Source of the DNA: Octopus sinensis | Taxonomy: Eukaryota | DNA: 64,000 nt | Direction of reading: 5' to 3' | Assembly: GCF_006345805.1 (NCBI RefSeq) | Contig: NC_043005.1 | Coordinates: forward strand, 100,750,001-100,814,000 | Shown: positions 50,583 to 64,000 of the stretch, piece by piece | Layout: every line of letters starts with the position of its first letter | Numbering within the stretch: the first letter of the stretch is position 1 | Notes under the pieces: model-generated | The model's database searches: none | What the model was told of the DNA's origin: nothing | What the model saw: the letters and a program-made list of their open reading frames with translations, nothing else | Made by a program: the position numbers and the translations under genes

Positions 50583-51168
50583 GGTGTAGGTGTGGCTCTG
50601 AGGTGAGAAACTTGCTGCCCAACCACATGGTTCAAGGTTCAGTCCTACTGTGTGGCCAAAGCCCCAAGATATCCAAAGCCTTGTGAATGGATTTGGTAGA
50701 TGGGAACTGAAAGAAGCCCATATGTGTGTGTGTGTGTGTGTGCACGTGAAGATGTTTGGCTTAGTGGTTAGGGTGTTTCACTCATGATAAAAAGACCATG
50801 GGTTCAGTTCCCAGGCTGTGCAGCACATTGTGTTCTTGAAGAAAACACATAATTTTACATTGCTACTTTTCCGCTTTCAAAAAGGTGAGGAATGTTAAAC
50901 TGCTTGCCTAGTCAGCAGGACGGTGTCATTCAAAGACTAAAACAATGCAAAGTGCATTGTGACCAGCGATGTATAACAGCTTCTGATAGTCTGGTCAATC
51001 CCATAGTCATGTGATATATATATATATAATACCAAATCCACTCACAAGGCTTTGATCGGCCTGAGGCTATAGTAGAAGACACCTGCCCAAGGTGCCATGC
51101 AGTGGTACTGAACCCAGAAACATATGGTTGGGAAGCAAGCTTCTTACTACACAGCCACCCCTATGCCT
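50583..51168. mobile_element. Cluster: SINE A head (+), SINE C (+, 50747-51005), SINE A head (-, 51028-51168)
   Basis: Matches to family heads and tails. Confidence 0.75.
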
Positions 51169-51574
51169 ATGTGTATGTATATGTGTATATATATATATAT
51201 ACATATATATATATAAGAAAATATATAAATGCAATAGAATAAGTGCTAAGCATTAAAAAGTAAGTATTGGGGCAGGGGCCATTTCCTTTGATTGAAAACC
51301 CTCCAAGGCAATACTTCAGCGAAATGAAAGATAAAACAAATGTAGTCTCTATGCAATTGCTGGTGGGGAAGAAGAAATATCAACTCTAGAAATAGTTGAG
51401 ATGACAAAAAATATGAACATCTAAACTGAAAACAGGACTACAAAATGATATATTATTAAAACAATGGCAATAAATGCCCCTGGTACCCCAGCATGGCCAC
51501 AGACTTACAGCTGTAATGTATAAAAGAATAAAAGAAAAGCTGATACCCAACAAGACTGAACACAAAAGTTGAAA

Positions 51575-51700
51575 TGTGCCACATAAAAAGCTCCCAGCAC
51601 ACTCTGTAAAGTGGTTAGTGTTAGGAAGGGCATCGAGCTTTAGAAACCCTGCCAAAAGAGACAAATGGAGCCAACCCATGCCTGAATGGAAAACAGATGC
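51575..51700 (+). mobile_element. RTE 3' UTR fragment
   Basis: GGTTAGTGTTAGGAAGGGCATC...AACCCATGCC. Confidence 0.65.
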
Positions 51701-52364
51701 TAAATTAAATGATGCTGAATACAAGGAGAAAAATGCTGGATGCAGACCTGAGACTAAAAGATTTTTAAATGGGGTAAAATATCAATACTTTTCTACGAGA
51801 AGCTGCTAAGAATATTGAAGAAATCAGAATACGGTAACTCTAGAATACATAGTAATTGTGAACTAAGAAGCAACCATATTGGTCTCTGGCTGCCCAGTCT
51901 TAACCAAGACAAACTACATCTAAAGGAGCAGTATGACTATGTGGTAAAGAAGTTTCCTTCCCAACCATGTGGTTTCAGGTTCAGTCCCACTGCAAGGCAC
52001 CCTGGACAAAGTCTTGTAAGTGGAGTTAGTAAACAGTACCTTAAAAAGACCATTTGTATGTGTGTGTATGTATACATACATACATCATCATCGTTTAATG
52101 TCTGCTTTCCAGGCTGGCATGTCTAATGATTGTTGCTTCTGATAAGATCCTATGGAAGAGAAGCCAGAGGGCTCTATCCTCACAACCCCATCCCCCAGAG
52201 AATAGTGGGCAGAGATAATGGATAGATAGATGGATGGATGGATGGATGGAGGCAAAACAAAGATGAAATACAAAAGAAAACATCATAAAAGAAAGTGTAA
52301 GATATTGACATAGAATAAAAGACATAAACAACAACAAAGACAAACTAATAGATAGGTCACATGA

Positions 52365-52645
52365 TCACATGACCGACCAGGCTATCAGATGTTGTTACAC
52401 ATCGCTGGTCACAATGCGCTTCGCATTGTTTTAGCCTTCAAATGATGCCACCCCGCTGGTTAAGCGAGCAGGCCAACAGAAGAAAGAGTGAGAGAAAGTT
52501 GTGGTGAAAGAGTACAGCAGGGATCGCCGCCATCCCCTGCTGGAGTCTCGTGGAGCTTTAGGTGTTTTCGCTCAATAAACACTCACAACGCCCGGTCTGG
52601 GAATCAAAACCGCAATCCTACGACCGTGAGTACGCTGCCCTAACC
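52365..52645 (-). mobile_element. SINE family C
   Basis: Head TGGCCCAGTGGTTAGGGCAGCG; tail shared with 50900-51005. Confidence 0.85.
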
Positions 52646-52789
52646 ACTGGGCCATTACACCTCCAGGTAACAATATACAACAACATAACAAAAAAGATCT
52701 CGCAAATGGTGAAATTTACCATACATGGTGATTCATACAATCTTTCGCACAACCTTGGTTTTTCCACGAAGCATTATCTTTTCCCTTTT

Positions 52790-53900
52790 CTTGCCACCAG
52801 CCAAAAGCCACAAAGTGTAGGACCTTATTAACACCAATTTGTCATGCTCATCTACTTCCCATAAAATTTACCGAAGGGCGGCACCTCCCTCTCTACCCTC
52901 ACCATTTTCCTTTAAGACGTATTTGGAGATATTGACGAGGACTTGGTCTGTTCTCAGTCTCTTCTACAGTTTACATCGCACAAATTCTTTCATCATAGCC
53001 TCGAGGCAGAGACAAACTATTTGCACATCCTGGCTGAAAGAAGGTGGTGGGTTGATAGTTAATATTTGCAATAGATTTGGTAAACAGTTTTCTTGCAAAG
53101 GATAAAAGCTATTCGCATTAAACCAAAGCAATGCCCATCCATTGAATGAATGCTAAACAGCATCATCCCCTTTCTTGCATCTTGGAAAGGTTTGATCACT
53201 GGTAACTCCATCAAACCCCTGACACAAGAGTTTATCCTGAACAAGCAAAGCTCCCCTTTCTTGTTGTTATTTTCTTGGTCTATATATTAATAGCCAAGTA
53301 CTGTAGGAGATTATTCATAAACCCTGGCTTTCTGAAGGTCCTCCAGAAGAAATGATTCAAACTGTTTTTGCCAATGTCTAAAATATCTCTGGGGCCATTG
53401 TCACTTCTGCCTTCCATAACCCACAATGCAATATGAGGGTTGACTTTGTCTCCAATCACAGGATCCAGCCGGCAGAATGCGGAGAGGGCATAGACAACAT
53501 TCTAGACACCAAATACTCAGGCTGCAAATCAGTCAGAGATGAGTTGTAGAAAAGAATGTTACAGAAAGGTGACCATCATTGATGTTTGCACATCACCAAT
53601 CCCACCATCCTGAGTCCCAATGTGAAGGGAGCTGGCAGCATATAGATCTCCTGACAAGCAGAACCTTTCCCTTCCACAATATTTGTAAAACATGTGTGCT
53701 CCAGTCTGACCAGATATTTCCTGGATCAAGGCAAGATGGTGAAATTCCAGTACAGCACTGAAGCAACGAGCACATCAGCCATTCCAGCACAACATTCCAC
53801 ATAAATTCCTCAACCATTTTCTGTGGGAGACCAGCTACCCTGCTCATCACAACTTTCCAGTCTTTATATTCAGTGTGACAAAAACATGAGAGGATCAGTG
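52790..53900 (-). mobile_element. Tx1/L1-like LINE, 3' coding remnant
   Basis: QILWKGKVLLVRRSICCQLP (cf. FLWxGKxxxVxRxxLxxPxxxGGLG) and VRVEREV near the 3' end; heavily decayed. Confidence 0.5.
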
Positions 53901-54054
53901 AGAGGCAACAGAATGCTGTTTACACTGTAAAGAAGTGTTTTCCAAAGCTGAATGTTGTCACTTCAAAGTGGCAGGGGTTGGGGCAGAGAAGTAAGTAACA
54001 AGTAAATAAAATTTGCAATAAAGCTTTAATTTAATCACCATTTGGATATATACA

Positions 54055-54089
<35 letters not shown>

Positions 54090-54197
54090 TATATTACATT
54101 TCTAAATATCTCAAAGAGATACAAGCAGTGGTGCTATGATAGAGCAGTTGTATACTGTCAACTTAATGTGACAGTCCCATGAAGGGAATCACACCAC

Positions 54198-54237
<40 letters not shown>

Positions 54238-55129
54238 TATATATATAATATATATATATATATATGTATATATGTATATATGTATATGCTATATACAAAC
54301 TTTGTCAATTCATGGTGGGAAGAGATGAGGATGCGCATTTGTAAGTCATTCTTCCTGTTTTGCTTATGAAAACTGAAATGGAGTGAAAAAGTTTGAGGGA
54401 GACTGGTGTAAAGCATTTTTATATTGGAATTTATCGGTTTAAGATGAGTTCTTAATGGCTACTCAAGCAGAGTTCACTACAATTACTTAATATCAACAAC
54501 AGCAACAACAATAATAAAAGGCATTGTTGGGTTTCTTTCACTCCTACTTTCACAATCAAAGAATATTTACGTTTGTAGTAATGTGATTGAATAAACTCGG
54601 TTCTTTTCTTACTCCCCCACTGAGTGACTAGAAAGTCCATCAATGGTGCGTTAATATTGTGAAATAATCATGCTAGTTGGCTGAGAATATTTCCCTGCTA
54701 GCAAGCATGTCACATGACAAAAGAGGTCAGAGAAGATAAGTATGCAAGTGCTAAGCCATTTTTACTGTTGCATGAAATCAATATTTTTAACTACTAAACC
54801 AGTTGAGCAACACTTAGCTAGAAATAAAATCAATACAATACAAGACTGAATCATTTCCTATTCGTAACTGGCTCCCTCGGCCAAAGTATGTATTACAGGA
54901 ATAAATATAAACACTGCTTTCACTGTATCTAACAACTACAGCGTTTCCCTACTTTGTCCTTGGACACGCTTATAATTAACGTGTTTATTTTAATAAAATT
55001 TCTATATTTCAGTTTGATAGTAACACCTGCTATAAAATTCATAACCAGTTATTTTTTACTTAATGATGTTTTTTCAGAGAAACTAATTATAGATTACTGC
55101 TATGTCTGAAAAGCAAGGAGATATGCCAT

Positions 55130-55560
55130 AATGATACATATTACAGTATACAGAAGGAGACGTACTTATAACAATACATAGTACAGTATATAGAAATAGA
55201 TATAGTACAAAAGTAACACATTAAATTGTATATAACGTATATAATGCTGAATATAGGATGAAGTATATTATAACAGCATATAGTACTGATTGTATAATGC
55301 GACACTTAACAATAGTATATAGTACAGAACATATACAGTGATATACTACAATGTAAAGACAGTACAGTCTGTTTAAGTAAACATAGTACAATATATATAT
55401 AAGGAAGCATATAGATAGTAATGGTATGTATAGAAAGATGCTGTAACAATACATAGTTCAGTATGTATAAGTAGTAATATATAGTGTAGTATATACAAGG
55501 AGAGTGATACTATTTTATAATAGTATGTACATAGTACTTTACGTATATGTAGACACACTA
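55130..55560. repeat. Degenerate ATACATAGTACAGTAT-type low-complexity repeat
   Basis: Seen directly. Confidence 0.7.
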
Positions 55561-56154
55561 CCAACATGCTTCTTAGTTTTCACATAAAATCGATGTCTTA
55601 TTTCAAAACTTTATATTTTGAAATGTGGAATTGTTTTTCTTATCTGAAAGAAGTTGAAAAATAAAGGAAAGATAAGACTCCTCACTGTTTGAAGTCAAAT
55701 GATTTCTATCAGCAGAAATATCTTGTATTTTAGCGAAGAATATATTAAAGAGATGCTTTTATTACACTAAGATTCAAAGAAATAATTCAAGATTGATTTT
55801 TCAGAAGTATCTCTAAACATTTCTGCTATAGGATAAAAGAATATACAAAGGAAACTAAAATGGTTTCTGAAAGGCATCTATACCTCTTGTATTCGGTAAT
55901 ATAAATAGATTTCACTCTCACACAGAAATACTTGTTCACCAATTAACCTTTCAATTTAGCAGCATCTTCTTAATCTGAGTTGTGCTCACTCACAGCCAGT
56001 GGCCAAACAGAGGGCGATACTCAGCTAATTCTACACTCAAAGACAACCATACTAGAAAAAATTCATGTTGAAAAGTAAATTTAAATTCAGATGAGATTTA
56101 TGTGGTATAAATATAGTTGGTTGTTCAGGAAAATAGCATTTACATATTAGGTGG

Positions 56155-56312
56155 AGGTGCAAGTGTATGGTAAGGAATTTGATTCCCAGCCAAATGGTTC
56201 CAGATTCAGTCCCACTGCGTGGTACTTTGAGCAAATCTCTTCTACAATAATCTCAGGCCAATCAAAGCCTAGTGGGTGGATTTGGTAGGCAGAAATTGAA
56301 AGAAGTCCATCA
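56155..56312 (-). mobile_element. SINE family A, 5' half
   Basis: Head region matches. Confidence 0.75.
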
Positions 56313-57014
56313 TTGAAGACTGATATTAAGGGACAAAGATTTTGGTGCATCTGAGGCTTAATCTTATGTGTCATATACATAGTGGAATGCAAAGTAACAT
56401 AACAGACTGAAATGAAAACATTCTGTAAGTCAATAAGTCAACTGGTTTATGTTAATACATAAACACAAATTATACATATTGAGGTTTAAATTGGATCCTA
56501 AACACTCAAACTGAAATTTCAATACTTCTGATCAATAATTTAAAAACCGTTTTATGAACTTCAATAGGTTTTGTTGTGTTAAAACTGCAATTGTGATTTA
56601 AACTGCCAGTTTCTATTCAAACATTAATTATTGCACAGCCCATGAACATTTCACTTGTCACTAAAACAATTCCACGTTTTAAAGTTTTGAAATGTGAGCC
56701 TCTATATGGAGGCTTGAGCTACTAGAAATAGCAGCCTCAAATAATCTTCTACCATTTGTATGTAGGAAAAAGACTGGATGATCATGGATAGAAAGTCTTT
56801 CATGAGGGTTGACCTGGGTCTAGACAAAATAAACAGTGTAATGATTTTGAAATACAAGATTACTGGTGCTGGGGAACTTCTGACAAAGTTTTGTATACAA
56901 GCATCTATGAACATTTTATGAAGGAAGATGGTGTCATAAAATTGTAAGAAAGGCAAATACAATGACGATTACAAATTTGAAACCAGATTCATAATATTGG
57001 TGATGCTGATTTGT

Positions 57015-57363
57015 TTGTTTGTTTGTTGAGCGAAGAGTTCTTTGTCCCAGCGGAAGAAGTCCGATACGTGATCCTTTGCCATTCGTAAGACCCGCAGAAG
57101 AGAAAGCTGGTCAACCCCCAACACCGAGAGCATCGATGGATGGATGAATGCGCATCCAGCCTCAGCGGTTGCGTAGGAAGTTGGGGACAAGAAACAGGAA
57201 GAAAGAGTGAGAGAAAGTTGGAGCGAAAGAGTACAACAGGGGTCGCCATGTGGAGCTTTAGATGTTTTCGCTCAATAAACACACACAACGCCCGATCTGG
57301 GAATTGAAACCTCGATCCTCCGACCACAAGTCCGCTGCCCTAACCACTGGGCCATTGTGCCTC
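57015..57363 (-). mobile_element. SINE family C with a (CAAA)n tail
   Basis: Same head as 52365-52645; different GC-rich tail. Confidence 0.8.
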
Positions 57364-58221
57364 CACTGGTGTTGCTGATGAAGGGAAGTTTTCCATTCAA
57401 CATTAAACTTGGTAAACTTTTGCCTTATTTGTCGTTTATATCTCAGGCTTTATAAATACTTTGAAACACAATTATGAATAAAAGCATAAAAACTTTCATT
57501 CAAGGAGAGAATCCAAACAATAAGGAATCTACTTATTTGTAGAACATTCTGGAAGATTCAAATGTGAATATTGCTATTCACTAGCAGAGAACGCTTCCTC
57601 TCTTTAGATAATGCCTGTTCATAGAATATGTGATTTATCAGGTGTAAGGGGACTTAGAGACATTGCAGTGTTTTGACATCCTTGTTTGTCTCATCAGTTG
57701 AAATTAGCTAAGACTGATGAGTCTCACAAGAACATAAGCTCTTATTTGTAGGAATCAACAAGCAAATTCTTTGTTGTTGAGTGCAAATATCTGCCAAACG
57801 GATAACAATTCTTGAAGTGCATGCAGAACAATGAGAATTCAAACACTTGCATATCTATTCATTCTTAATATGTTCTGGCAGATTCAAACATGGATATCTG
57901 ACCACTATTGTTATTCACTATCAAAGAATGTCTTTTCCCTTAATAACACACAGTTCACCAGTATAAGGAGACCTTGAGACACTACTATGTTTTGACTTCA
58001 TAGTCTGTATCAGTTTGGCAGACATTTACACACAACAAATAGTTTGTTTGCTGAATCCAATGAATGAAAGTTCCTTTTCTAACAAGATTCATTGGTCCAA
58101 TGTAGCTTCAACTGAAGAGATGTACAACAAGGTCGAAACAATGCAGTATCTCAAAGTCCCTTGACACTGATTAATCATGAGTATTATGTAAACATGTCAC
58201 TTTAAGGAACACAATGTTCTA

Positions 58222-58770
58222 TCATCATCATCATCATCATTTAACGTTCGCTTTCCATGCTAGCATGGGTTGGATGATTTGACTGAGGTCTGACGAACAA
58301 GACTCCAATCTGATCTGGCAGAGTTTCTACAGCTGGATGTCCTTCCTAATGCCAACCACTCCGAAAGTGTAGTGGATGCTTTTATGTGCCACTGGCACGA
58401 GGGCCAGTTTGGTGGTACTGGCAACGGCCACGTCCAAATGGTGCTTTTTATGTGCCACCTGCACAGGAGCCAGTCCAGTGGCACTGGTGACAACCTCGCT
58501 CGAATATTTCACATGCCACCAGCACAAGTGCTAGTAAGGTGACGCGGTAATGATCACATTTGAATGGTGTGCTTAACGAGCCATTGGCACGAAGGCCAGC
58601 TTGTTGCTCTGGCAACGATGTCACTCGTATGGTACTCTTAGTGCTCCACTAGCAACGGATACCAGTCACTGAATTTGATTTCGACTTCGATTTCACTTGT
58701 CTCAACTGGTCTTCGCAAGCAGAGTTTAGTGTCCAATGAAGAAAAGGCACGCATAAGTGGGCTGGTTATA
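58222..58770 (-). mobile_element. RTE 3' UTR copy
   Basis: (CAT)n end, ~60-bp repeats, GATTTCACTTG...GCAAGCAGAGTTT block as in 11456-12136. Confidence 0.85.
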
Positions 58771-59045
58771 AATAACCACAGTGATTAGATATTCACGTTT
58801 CAATCTGCTAGAATGTATTTTAAGGACGGATAGACATATCATTGTTTGAATTCTCACTGTTTTGTGTGCTTTCCATGAATTATCATTTGTTTGACAGACA
58901 TCTGTATATGTCAGTAAATTATTTGTTTATTCCTATAAACAAGAAGTTAGGCTCTTGTGAGATTCATTGATCTGGGGTTGCCATGACAGAAGAGATCAAA
59001 ACATCACAATGTCTTAAGGTTTTCCTATTACCAGTGAATCAAGTG

Positions 59046-59268
59046 TTTTATTAAAGTTCTGCCAAGCACATTGTTAATGTTAACACCACACACCATTTAT
59101 TTAAAGAAACACTGTCAGTTATCAGTTGGATTGTATATCTATGAATTTGTCAATAGCTAAGCTGAATGCAGAAGAATTCTTTAAATCATTTTGCCTGCAA
59201 CATCAGCACTGATCTGGGAAATACGCTACTCCATAGAGTGGCATAAAACTTGTGTTCATACCATTAAT
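59046..59268 (-). repeat. Inverted duplicate of the transposase segment 59721-59943
   Basis: 223-bp arms with 6 mismatches. Confidence 0.9.
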
Positions 59269-59699
59269 TAATTGATCTGGGGTTTGCTGTGACAGAAGAG
59301 ATGCACATCAAAATCAAAAGATCAAGATGACTTGAGCTTTTCTTATTACCACTGAATCAAGTGTTTTATGAACACGTATATCTTTAAGGGGGATGTTCAC
59401 TAATTGTGAATAATAAAAGCAATCCAATATTCGAATTTCAATCTACCAGAATGTATGAAGAATGAACAGATATGTTAGTTACCATATGGTTATCCATTTA
59501 AATCAGTATTAAGATAAAACAATTTAAGAGTATTAATACTTTCATTAAATAGCAAGTAGATACTTTTGATAATATTCAATAAAGAAGCTGATACAGTGAC
59601 TGAAAGTAAAATTGTTAGGTTATGGAATTTGACTCATGCCAAACATTTATATTTTGATGGGGGATTGTTAAGAAGAAAACAGATGAAGTTATTGCTCTT

Positions 59700-60850
59700 A
59701 CAAAACACAAAGCTTCAATGATTAATGGTATGAACACAAGTTTTATGCCACTCTATGGAGTAGCGTATTTCCCAGATCGGTGCTGATGTTGCAGGCAAAA
59801 TGATTTAAAGAATTCTTCTGCATTCAGCTTAGATATTGACAAATTCATAGACATACAATCCAACCGATAACTGACAGTATTTCTTTAAATAAATGGTGTG
59901 TGGTGTTAACATTAACAATGTGCTTGGCAGAACCTTAATAAAAGCTGATGTTCCACTGAAAAATTTGTGAGAGTTGTAACAGATGGATCACTTGCAATAG
60001 TGGAGACAAATATACGATTAACTTATGGAAAGCAACCCCAGATTTCCAGGATTCCTTGGATTAATCTGACTGCCAAATGATCACTTGGCAGTCAGATACT
60101 TCACAGGGGAAAATGATATGAAATTTATCCTTGAAACTGTCAATTAATTACACTTGCAAGGGAAGATCTACCAACATCTCAAAAAGTTGATTGAAGAACT
60201 GGAGCTTGAAGATAAATCTAGAGATGTCCCTTTGTAATATATTTGGCAACCAGTAATGACTTGAGTAGATCCGTGGATCTGTTGAAGCCTGGTATTAATT
60301 TTCTTATAAAAGAAAAATATCTAGTCCACAAAATGGAAAATAATGAACAGAAGCAAGATATCATGTCTCTTACTGAGATAATGAATCCTCAATAAACCTT
60401 CAACTTGGCACTCCATGGGAAGGATAAGATTATTTCTGATTTTATTCAGATAATTTTTAGCTTTCAGTGTAAGAGTTTTCAAAGGAAAATATTGTTAAAA
60501 AAGAAAACAGTCACTTTCTCCATATCAGTAGGAGAGTAAATGCCTTTATAAAAGAAAATAAAATAAAAACCACAAGCTGGTAGGAAATAAAGATAAATTA
60601 CAATGACAGCATGGTAATTTCCTTGTCAGGTTTGATGACTTGCAGAAGCTTAATCCTTGCCTTTTATACAAATCCATTCGTGGTTGATGTGATTCATGAG
60701 GGTTGTTCAGTTCTTGCTTGTCTTGTTACAGAATCATCTGTTGAGGAATTACAACAGAACCTGGGGTCTAAAGACATTCCACAAAATGCCTATTTACAAT
60801 TAAGTTCTAAAAACAAGGTCCATAGACACACTATTCCAAAATGAAGAAAA
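59700..60850 (+). pseudogene. hAT transposase remnant (Buster/SPIN, GTF2IRD2/EPM2AIP1-like)
   Basis: LKNSSAFSLDID..DIQ (cf. FSLAxDESTD), VVTDG, IEELELED, NLALHGKDKIISD, RFDDLQKL, NPFVVDV; frameshifted. Confidence 0.75.
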
Positions 60851-61439
60851 CTAGTGGGTGAATCATCTGGATTTTTAGAACAACAAACTGTAGTAAATCT
60901 GAATTCTTTGAAAGAAGTTAATGAAGCAAAGGCATTGGGCAATCTTTACAAATAAATACCCCATGAAGAATTCCATACAACCTTGACAACATACTGGTGG
61001 GGGATTTTCAATGACTCACAGCCAAGATAGATGCCTACAAGACAAATATAGTTGTAAATAATGGCTTTAAATGTCTGATCATTGCAGTATTATCTGTTTG
61101 TCATAAAAATATTATAAGAGTGTAATTTTGTAAGGTAGTACCTGATTTAAATGTTTCTAATTTCATTAGGCTGATAATTATTATGATCATTATTTTTGCT
61201 TTGTTTTTACATATTTCTTCCCATATTTGGATCAGATATTTATTAAATCAAATATCATTAAAAATATTTGTTGTTTTTTTTTCCCCCTCCACTTTCAGTT
61301 TCATTTTCAGCAGTCTGATTTTATGTTGCTGAAATCCAAATTTACATATTGTACATAGCTGTTTCGATAGCTCATTTCCATATCAAATATGTTAAATATA
61401 GTTAAAACAATCATCAGTCAATAATTTGAAAACATAAGG

Positions 61440-61482
<43 letters not shown>

Positions 61483-61915
61483 ATATGTATGTATATACAC
61501 ACATTATGAATGCAGAAACTAATACAAATTAGCGGTATAAAAAATAATTTATCTTCATGAATAAATATTATTGTAAATATATATTTCATAATATTTATAT
61601 TAAATATTTGCTGCAAAAATTCATACGTAACAATAAAATTGCAGGTGTAAATCTTTCATGTCTCATTGCTGCGAAAGATCTGAAATTTATTACACTTGGC
61701 TTCTCCATTAAGCAAATTTGGAAACCCTTGTTACTGCACCATTAATAAAATATACTTATTTTATTTTATATGAAATAATTGTTATAATATCTGACAAATA
61801 AATGCAGTTTCTGGTTATGTACAAACATGTGTGTTGGATAATATTTTCAAAACATTAAGAAACTTGAAAATAAGTCTTGTTGATAAAATTATTCAAAAGC
61901 AAATGTAGTCACAAG

Positions 61916-62060
61916 CAAGGCCGGTACAAGGTACCAGCAACTGGGGAGTTGCTTGGGGCACCGTGTGCTAGGGAGTGCCAAGGAGGGCTTGACAACCGTC
62001 AGCTTGTACACGCAAAAGTTCAGCTTACCTGGGGTGCCAGCAACCCTAGGGCTGGCCCTG
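61916..62060. mobile_element. hAT-type MITE, 145 bp
   Basis: Ends CAAGGCCGG / CTGGCCCTG; 8-bp flanks GTCACAAG / GCCACAAG (7/8). Confidence 0.7.
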
Positions 62061-62384
62061 GCCACAAGTAACAGATAACATACTGAGGCGGGGAAAAGTC
62101 ATCTTAATTAAAAAATGAACAAATGTCCCCTGTAGAAAAGGAAGCATACATCTACCATGGACAGGACAACAACGATACTATAACAGCAGGGGAAAAGAAT
62201 AATAGGAATATTTGCCCTTGACAGGATTTGAACTCAGCCACGCAGGGTCCATGTATTCCTTCTGATGGGCTAATGAATTAGTCAGTTTACCACCATGTGT
62301 GTGTGTGTGTGTGTGTGAGTGTGTGTGAGTGTGTGTGTGTGTGTGTACATACATACACACACACACACACAAACATACACATAT

Positions 62385-62568
62385 ACTCTTTTACTCGTTT
62401 CAGTCATTTGACTGTGGCCATGCTGGAGCACCACCTTTAGTCGAGCAAATCGCCCCCAGGACTTATTCTTTGTACTTATTCTATTGGTCTCTTTGCTGAA
62501 CCACTAAGTTACGGGGACGTAAACACACCAAGCGATGTTGGGGGGTGGGGACAAACACAAACACACAA

Positions 62569-62625
<57 letters not shown>

Positions 62626-62727
62626 CATACGACAAGCTCCTTTCAGTTTCCATCGACCAAATCCACTCACAAGGCTTTGGTTGGCCTGAGGCTATAGTAG
62701 AAGACAGTTGCCCAAGATGCCACGCAG
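62385..62727 (-). mobile_element. SINE family A
   Basis: Collinear with the family. Confidence 0.85.
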
Positions 62728-63129
62728 TATACAACAAACCATTTACAAACTGTGAGGCTTATTTTGTAGACTAAAATTTATTGAATGTTTCATGTCAACT
62801 GGCTTGTTCAACTGGTCTGGCTGAATAAGCTGATACAGCAAACATTAAAATCCTAATCAACTGAAAAAATGTGCACACACAGAGCGGAGGAATTATTTGG
62901 TAAGAGTCATCAGAAATAAGTTCCCAAACTGTCTTCCATACTCACTGGAGTCTTGCTTAAGTGGTTGATACCCCATAACCCTTTAAGAAACAACCCATCT
63001 GAGACTGTTCCTGGTCCTATGATACAAACTTATTGTTTTAAAGTAATCTAAGTTAAAACCTTCAAACAAAATTCCATGTTAATTTACGTTTCAAACGCCA
63101 GTTTAATAATCCTTTCTACTATCTGGTGG

Positions 63130-63255
63130 GTGGGGTTAAGTCGATTACATCGACACCAGCACTAATCTGGTATTTAATTTATTGATCCCGTAAGGATGAA
63201 ATGCAAAGTCAGCCTTGGCAGAATTTTAACTCAGAACATAATGATGAGCAAAACA
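63130..63255 (-). mobile_element. SINE family B, partial
   Basis: AAGTCGATTACATCGAC...GAACTCAGAAC-like. Confidence 0.7.
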
Positions 63256-63277
63256 GCACTAAGAATTTCATTTCAGT

Positions 63278-63362
63278 TTGGAGGGTATATCAGCTGAAAC
63301 GTGTTAACAACAAACAAGATGAGGACAAATATCCATCAAATGTAAATAATGTAAATAATGTC
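63278..63362 (+). mobile_element. Fragment of the 21668-22028 hammerhead element
   Basis: GGAGGGTATATCAGCTGAAACGTGTTAACAACAAACAAGATGAGGACAAATATCC. Confidence 0.85.
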
Positions 63363-63382
63363 TTATACACACATATATCTAT

Positions 63383-63435
<53 letters not shown>

Positions 63436-63889
63436 GAGAGAGAAAGAGAGACAACTTATCACAAGGCTTTGTTGAGGCAAAGTTTCTTAGCTGCCATATA
63501 ATCAACTTAGAATGCTAATAATACAATTACCACCACTACCACTGCCGTCGCCGCTGCTGCTGCTGCTACTACTACTACTACAAAAAAACAACAACAGTAG
63601 ATGTAATTTGAAGTAAGAAAATGGCAAAGACTTTAGAGTACACTAACAAATTTGGATTCAATCACGCATCTTCACCAAATATGGTTGGAGAATTCATTGC
63701 ATACACACATACATATAGATTTAAGTATATACATGCATACACATTCATGCATATATACACTTACACATCTCCACAAGCATGTATGATGTGCATACATACA
63801 CACATATACACACATAGATAAGTATATCAATTAATTATGTAAATGTGGTCACCAAAAAAAATAGCAATTCTTCAATAAATACATATCTA

Positions 63890-64000
63890 TCTGTCTAACT
63901 ATATAGCTGTTTATCTGTCTATTTGTCTGTCTATCTATCTATCTATGTCTGTCAATCTGTCTATCTATCTATCCATCTATCTATCTATCTATCTATCTAT
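63890..64000. repeat. (CTAT/CTGT)n microsatellite
   Basis: Seen directly. Confidence 0.95.

Noticed and set aside
56880-56965. Possible mariner C-terminus (FYE.DGVIKL)
   Set aside because: Too short and degenerate; no TIRs.
57366-57402. TGTTG-CTGATGA...CAACA
   Set aside because: No GAAA box.
58112-58150. CTGAAGA-GATG...GGTC-GAAA-CAATGCA
   Set aside because: Spacing fits, but U16.1 is missing and stem I does not pair.

Overview
AT-rich, repeat-dominated animal DNA, most likely an octopus (inferred from the tRNA-derived SINE families, (TA)n/(CA)n/(AAT)n/(GATA)n microsatellite density, and RTE and Penelope content). No known protein-coding gene could be identified; only a few low-confidence exon candidates were seen. 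Most ORFs in the track are translated microsatellites or repeat fragments. Supported content: three tRNA-headed SINE families (dozens of copies), RTE LINE 3' ends with (ATG)n tails, CR1/Jockey-like and Tx1/L1-like LINE remnants, piggyBac-type (TTAA) and hAT-type (8-bp TSD) MITEs, a decayed Buster/SPIN-like hAT transposase, and a decayed, rearranged Penelope-like element (RT with YVDD, GIY-YIG endonuclease) at about 14.1-18.85 kb. The most interesting signal is a set of sequence-unrelated short elements carrying minimal type I hammerhead-ribozyme motifs, arranged as inverted or tandem pseudo-LTRs. These include a TSD-bounded retrozyme-like insertion, a hammerhead with a ~125-nt stem II insert, and a putative U3-A8 core variant directly upstream of the Penelope ORF. 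Two locally templated insertions were also found. All coordinates and folds were read by eye, and interspersed-repeat boundaries are approximate.
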